The notes: generated by a model not told the origin, from the letters alone. Shown: positions 30,482 to 40,757, counted from the first letter of the stretch. The stretch is 64,000 nucleotides of DNA from Candidatus Freyarchaeum deiterrae (GCA_037305845.1 CP147778.1:1152001-1216000); one strand, 5' to 3'. A program made the numbers and translations.

Positions 30482-30513
30482 TCAACTACCCACAACTGAA
30501 GCTTGTGGGATTG
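30482..30513 (+). mobile_element. Isolated IS200/IS605-like terminal hairpin (scar or MITE end)
   Basis: TCAACTA-CCCACAA-CTGAAGC-TTGTGGG-ATTG resembles the TCAACTACCCC..CTGAAG..GGGGCTTG end hairpins of IS200/IS605-superfamily elements. No tnpA, tnpB or iscB nearby. Confidence 0.45.
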
Positions 30514-30615
30514 AAGGTGAATCGTCATGCTTGAAACGTTGCATTTTTGCTGCTTCCAAAGTCACCCCAATACATTCTAGAAATTTCATTTTACAGGTAT
30601 ATCTGAGGTGGTTTT

Positions 30616-31440
30616 ATGAAGTTGGGTTTCGCGTCTGGTTGTTTTTTGGAAAGACGGAAAGAATTTGTTATTCCCCACCAAATTCCCCCAAGTTTGGAGT
30701 CTTTTCCAGTTGAACTTCAGGTGGGCAGAGGCTACAATTATTCTGACTTCGACAATATAGTTTCAATCCATCTGCCGTTTACACTTTATGAAACATCAAA
30801 AGTTGAGGGAGTAACCGTATACAAGAAATCGAAAGAGATAAACATAGCATCGCTAAACGAAGATTTTTGGAAATATGAACTTGAACTTTTTAAGAGATAC
30901 CTCACTGAGGCTTCAAATAAAAGGATAAAAAATGCTATATTCCACTATGGCAGTTGTAATTGCGCGAGTCGCCTTTGGCGTGATGAAAATCATAGAAGGC
31001 TTCATTGGAATAGAGAAAAAGAGTTTCTGGTTGAAATGTCCGAACTCGCTTCGAATGAAGGAATCGAGTTATTAGCAGAGAATCATCCCTACGGCGACGG
31101 AATTTTTCTAAACCATGTTAAACATATAGCAGAAATAGTTGATGGAGGCTTCGCAGGATTTTGTTTGGATTTTCCTCATGCATATTATCGGTTTAAAAGG
31201 TTTAACAATGCTAGTTTGGATGAAATCATAACTAGATTCAGGGAAAGCATCCGGGAAGTACACTTGGCTGATGGTAATGGATCAAGTCATAATCCTCTAG
31301 CGCTTGATAAAGGAAGCATTGATTGGAGAAAACTACTCTCTCTACTCCCAAAGTCTTTGCTGGTGATTATTGAGTTGAGAGAAAACCCTTCAGAAGCACT
31401 AAAACGGGTTCAAGAGTTTTACAATAGTGTTTTGGGATAA
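30616..31440 (+). CDS. Sugar phosphate isomerase/epimerase (AP endonuclease 2 TIM-barrel) family protein
   Basis: SIHLPF, LAENH, CLDFPHA, EVHLADG..H and IIEL metal motifs; SD GAGGTGG. Confidence 0.8.
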   Translation: MKLGFASGCFLERRKEFVIPHQIPPSLESFPVELQVGRGYNYSDFDNIVSIHLPFTLYETSKVEGVTVYKKSKEINIASLNEDFWKYELELFKRYLTEASNKRIKNAIFHYGSCNCASRLWRDENHRRLHWNREKEFLVEMSELASNEGIELLAENHPYGDGIFLNHVKHIAEIVDGGFAGFCLDFPHAYYRFKRFNNASLDEIITRFRESIREVHLADGNGSSHNPLALDKGSIDWRKLLSLLPKSLLVIIELRENPSEALKRVQEFYNSVLG

Positions 31441-31529
31441 TTAGTATGTGATTGATTCTGGCAATACAAAAGGTATTAAAAATATGAAAGGCATTATTCA
31501 TGTTATAATTTAGAAATGGAGGGTTAATA

Positions 31530-32105
31530 ATGGAATTGGAGATAACACTATTTGAAAAGGCAGGAACGCAAAACACGGAAGAAACCTTGAAGATTGCACA
31601 AAAATTTGCAGAGAATAACGATATAACGGATATAGTTATAGCTAGCAGCGCAGGAGAAACTGGAATTAAAGCGTCAAAAATTTTCGATTTAAGCAAAACT
31701 AATATAGTAATAGTTACACATGCTTGTGGTTTCTTGAAACCGGGATACCAAGAAATGCCTGAAGAGAATAGAAAAAGGTTAACTGATATGGGAATAAAGG
31801 TGCTCACAGTAGGTCATGCACTGTCTGGGGCAGAAAGAACATTCAGAAAGAGTTTGAACATATGGCTACCAGTCGAACTCCTTGCCCAATTCCTAAGGTC
31901 AACCATGGGTAACGGATTTAAAGTGTGCATTGAAATATCCGCTATGGCTGCTGATGCCGGACTTATCCCAGAAGACAAGGACATTATCGCAATTGGGGGA
32001 ACTGGAAAAGGCAGTGATACCGCGGTGCTGCTTAAGCCGTCTGCTTCCTCAAATCTCTTGGATACCAAGGTTAGAGCAATACTTTGTAAGCCTAGAGAAT
32101 TTTGA
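31530..32105 (+). CDS. Stand-alone pyruvate kinase C-terminal-like alpha/beta domain protein
   Basis: FEKAG.QNTEETL, IVIASSAGETG, VTH..GF, GFKVCIEISAMAADAG, GGTGKGSDTA. Confidence 0.82.
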   Translation: MELEITLFEKAGTQNTEETLKIAQKFAENNDITDIVIASSAGETGIKASKIFDLSKTNIVIVTHACGFLKPGYQEMPEENRKRLTDMGIKVLTVGHALSGAERTFRKSLNIWLPVELLAQFLRSTMGNGFKVCIEISAMAADAGLIPEDKDIIAIGGTGKGSDTAVLLKPSASSNLLDTKVRAILCKPREF

Positions 32106-32151
32106 AAAAGATTAAGCCGAGCCATTAATTACAATCTAAATATTCGTTTTT

Positions 32152-32991
32152 CTATTCTTTGAAGAACTCTTTAATGGGTCGCTTACAATTTGGGCATCTG
32201 TCGTCTTTCTTCAGATACTCCATTAGGTGCTCTCTATGAGCACTTTCGAAACAATAGGGGCACATAACCTGATCTTCATTTTCCGTTAACACTTCTCCGC
32301 ATATCATGCACTTGGGGATTTCCTCTGCAAGATCTTCGAAACGTAAATCTGACTTCTGTGATTGAGGAAGTGAAGGTGCTCCCATCTCGTAAATGCCCTG
32401 CTCTATTATCATATTTCTTACTTGAATTTGAACTTCTTTGGGAGCTTGGGTTGAAATGTCCAGCAATTTCTCAGCTTCTTCCTTTAACATTTTCCCTTTA
32501 GCCCTAGATGCTACTTGTCTCCAGACCTCTCGCAGGAAAGGTAGATTCGCTAGCAAAGGACTGTAAAGAATGTTGGCAGACTCATACGAACACCCATCCT
32601 CAAAATACTTGTTCACAGCTTCTTTAAACATACCAATTCTCAGAAACTGAATTATGGGGCTACTATTAGGTCCTCCTTCCTTTTCAGCTTGGTCAATTAA
32701 TTTAAACGCTGCACGTGTCCTAAAAATACTAAATATTAGGAATGCCCAAATACAAAATAAAAACACAACATTAAAGATAACATAGGAGGAGCCCGAAGAA
32801 ACTGGCATAAAGTATCCGAAATTAGCTAATAACCAATACGAAGTGATGTTAGTCAAGACATCTTGTCCTTGCCCTGATGTAAAGTATGTAACTATTTCAA
32901 AGAGCAAGAACGCTGACAATGCAATAAAGGGGAGACAGTATAGGAATAATCTCCTTTTTAGTTTAGATTTGATTTCTGCCACTAGGGTCAC
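32152..32991 (-). CDS. Membrane-anchored RING-finger protein (putative E3 ligase-like)
   Basis: Two to three N-terminal TM helices; C-terminal CMIC-x12-CPYC..AH..H-x9-CPNC RING-H2-like motif. Confidence 0.65.
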   Translation of the reverse strand: MTLVAEIKSKLKRRLFLYCLPFIALSAFLLFEIVTYFTSGQGQDVLTNITSYWLLANFGYFMPVSSGSSYVIFNVVFLFCIWAFLIFSIFRTRAAFKLIDQAEKEGGPNSSPIIQFLRIGMFKEAVNKYFEDGCSYESANILYSPLLANLPFLREVWRQVASRAKGKMLKEEAEKLLDISTQAPKEVQIQVRNMIIEQGIYEMGAPSLPQSQKSDLRFEDLAEEIPKCMICGEVLTENEDQVMCPYCFESAHREHLMEYLKKDDRCPNCKRPIKEFFKE

Positions 32992-33239
32992 CTACTATTT
33001 TAGTGTTTATGTCATTTAGGTAAAGGTTAGTTCAATAAGATTGTGCGACTGTCATTTAAATTTCCTTTCTTAATTCAAATATTCCAAAACTTAAAAACCT
33101 TAGCATACCGGTATGAGCTTTAAGTAATTCTAGGTGAATACTACGCCGATTTATGTTTTAACACTTTTTACTGAAGCTTATTTTTTAAATTTTTGACGCT
33201 TTATCAGATTTTGTCTACCTAAGTTACTAGTTTTTGAAG

Positions 33240-33352
33240 TTAATACGCGTTGAATCGACCGAAAATTACTCATAATCATAAAAAAATTAGAAAAATATAT
33301 ATATGAGTAATTATACATTTTCGCATTGTTTCTAACTATTAACACGCGTTAA
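33240..33352. promoter_or_regulatory. Promoter region with an 11-bp inverted repeat and two TTAAYACGCGTT boxes
   Basis: AATTACTCATA(33264-33274) / TATGAGTAATT(33302-33312) around an (AT)n TATA tract; TTAATACGCGTT at 33240 and TTAACACGCGTT at 33339. Confidence 0.45.
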
Positions 33353-33384
33353 CATAAAACGAAGGATCGGTTTCAGTTCAAGAG

Positions 33385-34890
33385 GTGATCTCCATAACAG
33401 AAAATAACCTAAAAACATACGAAGAGATAAATGAAAAAATCAAGAAAGGAGATGCGGTAGTAGTAACAGCCGAGGAAATGGTGAGAATCGTAGAAGAACA
33501 AGGCGAAAAAAAAGCTGCAAACGAAATTGATGTAGTAACAACAGGAACATTCGGAGCAATGTGCTCCAGCGGAGCTTTTCTAAACTTCGGACACTCCGAT
33601 CCCCCTATAAAAATGGAACAATTATGGTTAAACGATGTTGAAGCCTACCATGGAAATGCAGCAGTTGACTGCTATATAGGTGCCACAAAAATGAGCGCCT
33701 CAAAACCTTTCATATACGGAGGGGGGCATGTTATAGAGGATTTAGCAGGCGGCAAAGAAATTACGCTAAGAGCCAGAGCATACGGAACCGATTGTTACCC
33801 TAGGACCAGCCTTGAAACCACCTTCAACATAGATGACCTTAACCAAGCTATTCTATGCAATCCTAGAAACGCATACCAAGGATACAACGCGGCCACCAAC
33901 GGACGCAATGAAACAATTTACACCTACATGGGAAAGCTTCTAGCCAATTATGGAAATGTCACTTATTCCGGTTCCGGTTGTTTAAGTCCCTTATATAACG
34001 ACCCTGATTACGAAACAATAGGTATTGGAACCAGAATATTTCTTGGCGGCGGAGTTGGATACATAATCGGGGAGGGAACGCAACATAACCCAAAAAACTA
34101 TCGCGGAACCATCATGGCCAAAGGAGATTTAAAACAGATGAACTCCGAGTATCTAAAGGGAGCTTCCTTCACAAAATATGGTACAACCTTGTATGTGGGA
34201 TTAGGCATACCCATACCTATTCTAAATGAGGGATTAGCTAGAAAAACCGCTATAAGTGACGCCGACATTTCGACAGAGGTTATAGATTACGGAGTTCCCA
34301 GATTGAATAGACCATCGCTAAGAAAAGTCACATATCAGGAACTCAAATCCGAAAGAATTCAATTGAACGGAAAAACGGTTAAGGTTTCCTCCCTCTCCAG
34401 TCTCAAAACGGCAAGAAAAGTAGCTCAAGCGCTGAAAAAATGGATAGAGGAAGGAAGATTCTTTTTGAGCAAACCAGCTGAAACATTGCCAACCACGACA
34501 GGATTTAAACCCATGAAAATCACAAAAGAGATTCAGTATGTTCGTAGTATAATGATACCCGCAATAACGACCACAACAGAGACCAGCATTCACGATGTAG
34601 CAAAATTGATCGTGGAAAAAAACGTTAACCACATAGTTATAGTAAATAACGACAACACCTTAAAGGGAATAGTTACCTCATTCGACGTCACACGTGCGGT
34701 GGCTAATAACAAAAACAAATTAGAGGAGATAGCAGTCAAAAGGGTTTACACAGCAAAACCAGATGACCCCGTAGACGCGGCGGTGAAAGAACTGGAAACT
34801 CATAAGATATCCGCACTACCGGTGATAGACGAAAAAAAGAAAGTTCTGGGAATTATCACCAGTGAGGAGATATCACGACTATTAGCCTAA
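33385..34890 (+). CDS. L-aspartate semialdehyde sulfurtransferase (DUF39-CBS homocysteine biosynthesis protein)
   Basis: EINEKIKKGDAVVVTAEE, DVVTTGTFGAMCSSGA, GTDCYPR, NPRNAYQ; C-terminal CBS pair. Confidence 0.92.
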   Translation: MISITENNLKTYEEINEKIKKGDAVVVTAEEMVRIVEEQGEKKAANEIDVVTTGTFGAMCSSGAFLNFGHSDPPIKMEQLWLNDVEAYHGNAAVDCYIGATKMSASKPFIYGGGHVIEDLAGGKEITLRARAYGTDCYPRTSLETTFNIDDLNQAILCNPRNAYQGYNAATNGRNETIYTYMGKLLANYGNVTYSGSGCLSPLYNDPDYETIGIGTRIFLGGGVGYIIGEGTQHNPKNYRGTIMAKGDLKQMNSEYLKGASFTKYGTTLYVGLGIPIPILNEGLARKTAISDADISTEVIDYGVPRLNRPSLRKVTYQELKSERIQLNGKTVKVSSLSSLKTARKVAQALKKWIEEGRFFLSKPAETLPTTTGFKPMKITKEIQYVRSIMIPAITTTTETSIHDVAKLIVEKNVNHIVIVNNDNTLKGIVTSFDVTRAVANNKNKLEEIAVKRVYTAKPDDPVDAAVKELETHKISALPVIDEKKKVLGIITSEEISRLLA

Positions 34891-34894
34891 TGAG

Positions 34895-35287
34895 GTGGAA
34901 AAATTGAAAATAATGATAATGTTTGATCCGGCAAAAGTGGGAGACGCAATCACATCAAATGTAATACTAGAAAAGAAAGTGCCCTTCAACATACTAACCG
35001 CAAAAATTGACAAAAAAGGCGGCGAAATGCTCATAGAAGCCCCAGACGATAAAGCACAAGAGTTAATTGAGGCATTCAAAGAAAAAGGAGTCAGAGTTGA
35101 AACACGAAAATTCGTGGAAATACTCCCACACAAGTGCATAAGCTGCGGGCAATGCTTTTCCATTTGCCCAGTTGACGCAATCACATACGATGAAGACTGC
35201 TCCATAAATCTGGAACAGGAAGACTGTATAGGCTGCCTTCAATGCGTTGACAGCTGCCCTCTCGAAGCCATTGTTAAAGCGAGTTAA
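34895..35287 (+). CDS. NIL-domain ferredoxin partner of the DUF39 sulfurtransferase
   Basis: NIL domain plus CISCGQCFSICP and CIGCLQCVDSCP; adjacent to DUF39-CBS. Confidence 0.88.
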   Translation: MEKLKIMIMFDPAKVGDAITSNVILEKKVPFNILTAKIDKKGGEMLIEAPDDKAQELIEAFKEKGVRVETRKFVEILPHKCISCGQCFSICPVDAITYDEDCSINLEQEDCIGCLQCVDSCPLEAIVKAS

Positions 35288-35406
35288 CTTGATTTATCTA
35301 TCACAGCTTCCACCCAATTTTTTTCACAATCTTTTTTAACGAAGAGAAGTTAATATATATTTATACTACCATAAAAACTAACAGCGTAAAATATGGGGAA
35401 ACTAAT

Positions 35407-35931
35407 ATGGTAATTGAAGGGGAACCAAGTATAAACTCGGCAATTGATGCTACCAAACTAATAGATAAGACACTAAACCAGATAAAGACTAAATTAGGAG
35501 AAAAAGACGCGGAGCTAGTAAGACTCAGAATCGAGATAGAAAACATAAAAAAAATGGAAAAAGCAAACATCGAAATGAAAAAAGAAAACATCGAAATGAA
35601 AGAGGAGTTACAAGGAATCAAAAATCAACTATCAAAAATAAGCACTATGTACAGTGATCTTTCAAAAAAGAAAGATGAAGCCATAGATGTCAGAGAACTT
35701 CTAACAATATATGTTACCCTGCTAGAACAGGTATTCGCGGGGATGCCCCATGCAAGAGTTTTATGGCTTCTTCACGGTGCCAAAACCACTCTGACCCGCG
35801 AAGAAATAACGAAAACATCAGGATTCCAACCCGCAGTGATTCTCAAAAGCATATTCGACCTACAAAACTCAAAACTAGTTCAATACGACACGAACTCACA
35901 AAACGTAAAACTATCACGAAAACTCTACTAA
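35407..35931 (+). CDS. Coiled-coil + C-terminal winged helix hypothetical protein
   Basis: Heptad N-terminal half including a 21-bp duplication (NIEMKKE/NIEMKEE); HARVLWLLHG..LTREEITKTSG..IFDL..LVQYD. Confidence 0.6.
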   Translation: MVIEGEPSINSAIDATKLIDKTLNQIKTKLGEKDAELVRLRIEIENIKKMEKANIEMKKENIEMKEELQGIKNQLSKISTMYSDLSKKKDEAIDVRELLTIYVTLLEQVFAGMPHARVLWLLHGAKTTLTREEITKTSGFQPAVILKSIFDLQNSKLVQYDTNSQNVKLSRKLY

Positions 35932-36154
35932 TTAAAAACCATTCTTACAATAGCTCCAGAAGCGAACGCTGGAAATTTTAATTCATTAAACCTTCAACAC
36001 CCAACTAAAACGCCACAGTTTTAACTATTTTTTAAAATTATCGAAAGGCACCAAAAATAACAAAGTAGAGGGCTAAATGTTCGAATTATTCCGTTCAATT
36101 TAAATCTCTAGATAAAATACCGTACCGAGAAAAATTGGCGAATTTATTTTCGAG

Positions 36155-37687
36155 GTGTGGAAAATGGAACCTTTCCCGTGGTGGACAGACGAACAAAAAA
36201 GTTTTGCAGAAGAATTACAAAAATTTGTAATCGAAAACATCCCCAAAGCCGAGAAAGCATTCTGGGCTAGAAAGTTCCCAATGGACATAGTGAGAGAAGT
36301 ACAGAACAAAGGATACTTCGGAGCAGCCGTACCAAAAAGGTATGGTGGATTGGAACTCGGAGCCACAGGGGCTTGTATAGCGGCTGAACAATTGGGACGA
36401 CTGTATGCAGTAGGGCATGTATTCGTGGTCTCCCAACTTGGGGGTATTCATCAGTTATTACACTTTGGCACTGAAGAACAAAAAGTGGAATGGTTGCCCA
36501 AAATTGCTAAGGGTCAGCTGGGAGCCGTTTGCATCACTGAGCCCTTCGCTGGCAGCGATGCGGCGTCGGTTTGGACTACCGCAAGTAAAGAAGGCGATGA
36601 ATGGGTAATTATGGGTAGAAAAAGGTATATAACAGGCGCGGGTCCAGCGGACAGATACTTCGTATACACCAAAACAAGCAATGATCCCGAAGTCATAAAA
36701 AAATATGGGCACCTAACAGCTTTCATAGTAGAAAAAGGAACGCCTGGATTCTCCTTAGAAAAAATCAACGAACTCATCGGATTTGATAACGTTCCAAATG
36801 GATATTTGAGCTTTGATGATGTAAGGGTTCCAGACGTTAATAGGATTGGCGATGTGGGTGCCGGCTGGGCGATAATGACCTCGGGCCTCAACTTTGAGAG
36901 GCTTGTGACTTCTGCTGTGTATGCTGGAGGATTAGAGGATATTATTAGAATGGTGATTTATTACACTAATAGGCGTGTTCAGTTCAGTCAGCAAACAAAT
37001 AAGTTCGTTAACAATCAGTTCAAGATTGCGGACATGATAACTATGAACAAGCTTTCGCGGATTGTGACTTATTATACCGCGATGCTACTTGATAGTGGAC
37101 AAAATCCAGCCGTAGAAGCTTCCATAGCAAAGCTGCTGAATACAGACTATGCCGTTCAAACTGGATTGGATGCGGTTCAAATAGTCGCTGGAGATGGACT
37201 CACGAAATTTTACCCTTTGGAGCGTTTGGTCAGAGAGGGAAAGATTGGTCAGATTGTAGCGGGTACTAATGAAATTCAGAAGTTGATTATTTACAGGATA
37301 GGTACACTTAGCTATCTGGATATGCCTTACCGTCTGCGTATAGACCCCGAATTGGGGGTTCCTATTCCAAGTTTAGATGATGGTCCTTGGAAGGGTAAAA
37401 AAATCACTGAGGACGTGATGCTTAAAGTACTTGCGGAAGATTACAGAACTAACCCTGGACTATACATGACTATAGAGGATCTGGAAAAGGAGACTGGTTT
37501 GGAGAGTAGCAAAGTCCTTGAATTCGTAGCTTCCCTGGAGAAAAAGAATCTAATAGCCACCTTCAAAGACCGCCGTGGGAATGTAATAATGGTGAAGGCA
37601 AACTATGAGGGTCTTAGACAGGCTTATCCAGCAGAACACTACCGCTGGTTCCCTGACTGGTTTGACCCTGAGGAACTAGGCTTTTAG
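36155..37687 (+). CDS. Acyl-CoA dehydrogenase with C-terminal wHTH-like extension
   Basis: CITEPFAGSDA, GRKRYIT, LNFERL, RVQFSQ, GTNEIQK; about 130 extra C-terminal residues. Confidence 0.88.
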   Translation: MWKMEPFPWWTDEQKSFAEELQKFVIENIPKAEKAFWARKFPMDIVREVQNKGYFGAAVPKRYGGLELGATGACIAAEQLGRLYAVGHVFVVSQLGGIHQLLHFGTEEQKVEWLPKIAKGQLGAVCITEPFAGSDAASVWTTASKEGDEWVIMGRKRYITGAGPADRYFVYTKTSNDPEVIKKYGHLTAFIVEKGTPGFSLEKINELIGFDNVPNGYLSFDDVRVPDVNRIGDVGAGWAIMTSGLNFERLVTSAVYAGGLEDIIRMVIYYTNRRVQFSQQTNKFVNNQFKIADMITMNKLSRIVTYYTAMLLDSGQNPAVEASIAKLLNTDYAVQTGLDAVQIVAGDGLTKFYPLERLVREGKIGQIVAGTNEIQKLIIYRIGTLSYLDMPYRLRIDPELGVPIPSLDDGPWKGKKITEDVMLKVLAEDYRTNPGLYMTIEDLEKETGLESSKVLEFVASLEKKNLIATFKDRRGNVIMVKANYEGLRQAYPAEHYRWFPDWFDPEELGF

Positions 37688-37880
37688 TTAACGCAGAGAG
37701 ATTTTTAAAATTCAATTTTTTTTCGATTTTTGATTTTAATTCGAGACAGACATAACAAGTATCAATTTCTTCTTTTTCCAAAATTTGGCTAATCATAGTC
37801 GTGTATTTATTTATAGTTCAGAACTCTTTGTTACTTGAGTATTCTTGCGAGTAGGGGTTTGTATAAAAAAGAAGAGGGGC

Positions 37881-38267
37881 TTAGAGCACGGCACCAAGTT
37901 GTGCTGCTGCACGAGACACATCCACATAAGAACCCTGCGTGTCTCCTTGTGGTGTTACATATGCCATTAAGAGAGCGCGATATCTGGCTGTGGCCATGAT
38001 GATGTGTCCCATTCCTGAGATGTTTGTGGCAACGAGGCGTTCGTCTGTTGCGGATAGAGTGGAGTATTTTATACCTTGCACAAGGATTGATGGTGCCTTA
38101 TCTCTCCACGCGGCTATTAAATTGGGAGCGTCGTCGACAACATTCCAATTACTGGTTTGCCACATTACTTGCCCTTCTAGGCTTATTATGGCTACTGCGG
38201 TTACGTTGGGGTTTTTACCTTGAAGCTGAATTATTATGGAGTCAACGTTTGACAAGGCTTTCAACAC
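37881..38267 (-). CDS. Profilin (Asgard type)
   Basis: AVAIISLEGQVMWQTSNWNV..W..SILVQGIKYSTL..TDERLVATNISGMGHII matches the Asgard profilin pattern; 128 aa. Confidence 0.85.
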   Translation of the reverse strand: MLKALSNVDSIIIQLQGKNPNVTAVAIISLEGQVMWQTSNWNVVDDAPNLIAAWRDKAPSILVQGIKYSTLSATDERLVATNISGMGHIIMATARYRALLMAYVTPQGDTQGSYVDVSRAAAQLGAVL

Positions 38268-38372
38268 CTGTAATACTTTATATTTGTAAAATTCGTATCT
38301 AATTTAAATTAGTGTTAAAATTTAATAAAAACTTTGCGTGTTTATTATTGCTTCTTACTGGTGGTGTACAAT

Positions 38373-38672
38373 TTGGCAGATACCAGTGTAGTTGAAGAAT
38401 GTTCTGAAGGTGTTTTGATTCATGTTTTTGTGAAGCTTAGTTCGCCCCAGCTTAAATGTCCTGCGGGGATAGAGGATGGCTTAGTTATTGTTAAGGTTCG
38501 CTCCCCTCCTGTGGGAGGCAAAGCGAATAGGGAATTATTAAAGGCTCTTGCAAAGTTTTTTGATATTCCTTCTAGTAGTGTTAGCATTGTTAAGGGACTT
38601 AAGGATAGAAGTAAGGTTGTTAAGATTTTGGGAGTTTCTATCTCTACGATTAAAGAGAAGTTGAGAGTTTAA
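38373..38672 (+). CDS. DUF167 (YggU) family protein
   Basis: VKVRSPPVGGKANRELLKALAKFF..SIVKGLKDRSKVV; TTG 38373 follows a GGTGGTG SD. Confidence 0.85.
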   Translation: MADTSVVEECSEGVLIHVFVKLSSPQLKCPAGIEDGLVIVKVRSPPVGGKANRELLKALAKFFDIPSSSVSIVKGLKDRSKVVKILGVSISTIKEKLRV

Positions 38673-38715
38673 GCCCGTTTAATTTATGATTTTTGCGGCT
38701 TTGTGATTATGGCAG

Positions 38716-40497
38716 TTATTTTCTTTTACCTTTTTGTTGTTTTGGTTGGGTTTTTATTTGTTTTTGATACATTTCTATTATTTCTTCTACTGTTGTCGCC
38801 TCTTCAGGGCTTTTGTCGTCTCTCCACTTCCCGGTGAATCTTGGGAATCTTACTGCGATACCGCTGTCCTTATTTATGGCTCCCATTGCAGCGGTATGTA
38901 CTTGACTTAAAGTGTATTCTGCTCCTATAATTTCTATAACTTTTCCTGGTGTGAACCATACGTCTGCTTTGAGTTTGGAGTCTACTCGAGGGTGCTTGTG
39001 ATCTATTTTGTATTCTTTGAGTTTTTCCGGCAAAGCCTCAAGGTCAGCGTCACTAAAACCAGTTCCGACTTTGGATATTGTTCTGAACATGTCTTGTTCC
39101 GGGTCATAGACTGCTACTAGCAGTGCCCCGTATGTTCCCGCTCTTCTTCCTCTCCCCATCAAGGCTCCCACTATTACTGTGTCTATTGTGTCTATCATTT
39201 CGGTTTTGTATTCTCGTTTGTATTTTATCCATTTGAATCCTCTGCTTCCCGCCTCGTAAATGGAGTCTGGTTGTGTTGATTTCGCCATCAGGCCTTCGCA
39301 TCCGGATTCTATGGCTTTCTCAAAGAAGGTTTCGAAATCTTTGGGATTGTTTACTATTTCCGCTTCGACAGGTTTTATCCTATCATTTTTCTCGGTGATT
39401 TCTTCGAGTTTTTTCCTTCTTTCAGTGTAAATTTTTGTTGTGTAATCAATTTTACCGACCAGTAGTATATCGAAGAGGTTGAGACTTGCGGGAAATTCCT
39501 CTATAGCCTCTTTTATTCCGTATTTTCGCCTACGCCGCATTAGTGTTTGAAATGGCAGTAATTCCCCGGTCTGCAGATCAATAGCCACTATTTCCCCCTC
39601 TACAATCGCCGTTTCTGATATAATGTTCTCTTTTACCAACTTTGCTATGTCGGGGTATTGTTCGGTGATGTTGTCTAATCGACGTGAGAATAAGTTAACT
39701 TCCCCATTGTTTTTGTGCGCCTGTACTCTTTCTCCATCAAGTTTGTATTCTATAGCGCATTCACCCTGCATCTTTTCCAAAATTTCTTCAGGAGTAGAGA
39801 GTCTTTGTGCGAGCATCATTCTGACCGGGCTACCGAGTTTAACCTCAAAGTTTTTTACGGTTTCCAATCCTTGGGTGGCAATTGTTTTCGCCACATATCC
39901 GATGTCGGAACTAATATTGAAGGCTCTCTCAATTATAGGCCGATTCCCCTTTTCTCCTGTGTAAGTGATTGCCAAGGCGTCTAGTACAGTATACTCCGCA
40001 ATACCTAAACGTAAGGTTCCTAAAGCCATGCGTACTATGTACTTCGCTTCTTTAGGCGTTCCATCAAGCAGAAGTCTTGATAGCAGTTTGAGTTTAGTAT
40101 CAACAGACCCCGACCCTGTAGACTTTGCTATCTTATCTAGGGTTTCATAAACATCCAAGACCTCCAAAGGCTTTTGTTGAAGGGACTTTTGCTTTTTACT
40201 TTTCAAAATCTGCTCTGTAACTTCACCCAAATCCCCAGTTTTCTTTAGCATCTCCTCGACTTCATCAACCTTGTCACCAGAAGTCATCGCCACACTGCGG
40301 ATTGCTAATTTTTCCGCTAACCCTAATACAATAGGAACAAACAAAGGATACAATCTACCAGTGGTGAGATAGACTACTTTATCTATAAGCTCATTGGGAG
40401 TCTGCTTAAAAAGCTGAACCAGAAAATCCGTCATTTCCAAACGTTTGGATGTTTCTTCGATTTTCTCGTAAAAATCGGCTATTATTGAGAATTTCAT
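38716..40497 (-). CDS. lig: ATP-dependent DNA ligase
   Basis: EYKLDGERVQAH, EGEIV, FDIL, EGLMAK, WIKYK and RFPRF motifs. Confidence 0.96.
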   Translation of the reverse strand: MKFSIIADFYEKIEETSKRLEMTDFLVQLFKQTPNELIDKVVYLTTGRLYPLFVPIVLGLAEKLAIRSVAMTSGDKVDEVEEMLKKTGDLGEVTEQILKSKKQKSLQQKPLEVLDVYETLDKIAKSTGSGSVDTKLKLLSRLLLDGTPKEAKYIVRMALGTLRLGIAEYTVLDALAITYTGEKGNRPIIERAFNISSDIGYVAKTIATQGLETVKNFEVKLGSPVRMMLAQRLSTPEEILEKMQGECAIEYKLDGERVQAHKNNGEVNLFSRRLDNITEQYPDIAKLVKENIISETAIVEGEIVAIDLQTGELLPFQTLMRRRRKYGIKEAIEEFPASLNLFDILLVGKIDYTTKIYTERRKKLEEITEKNDRIKPVEAEIVNNPKDFETFFEKAIESGCEGLMAKSTQPDSIYEAGSRGFKWIKYKREYKTEMIDTIDTVIVGALMGRGRRAGTYGALLVAVYDPEQDMFRTISKVGTGFSDADLEALPEKLKEYKIDHKHPRVDSKLKADVWFTPGKVIEIIGAEYTLSQVHTAAMGAINKDSGIAVRFPRFTGKWRDDKSPEEATTVEEIIEMYQKQIKTQPKQQKGKRK

Positions 40498-40757
40498 TTC
40501 CTCTTCTCTCCGTTACAGAAACGGTGTATGAACTTTATTAATGTCTTGCCTTGGGTTTAAAGTAATTTTCTTTAGTTGCTAATAATAATTTACATTTAAT
40601 AATAAATTTTATCTTTTGAAGAATTATCTCCTCTCATAATGGTAAATAACACTTAAATTTGGGAAAACCTAGTTATAGAGATAATAAATAGTGTAAGTCG
40701 ATTGTTATAATCGAAACACCTGACAAATCAGGAGCATCTTTTCTAATTATAGGCTCA

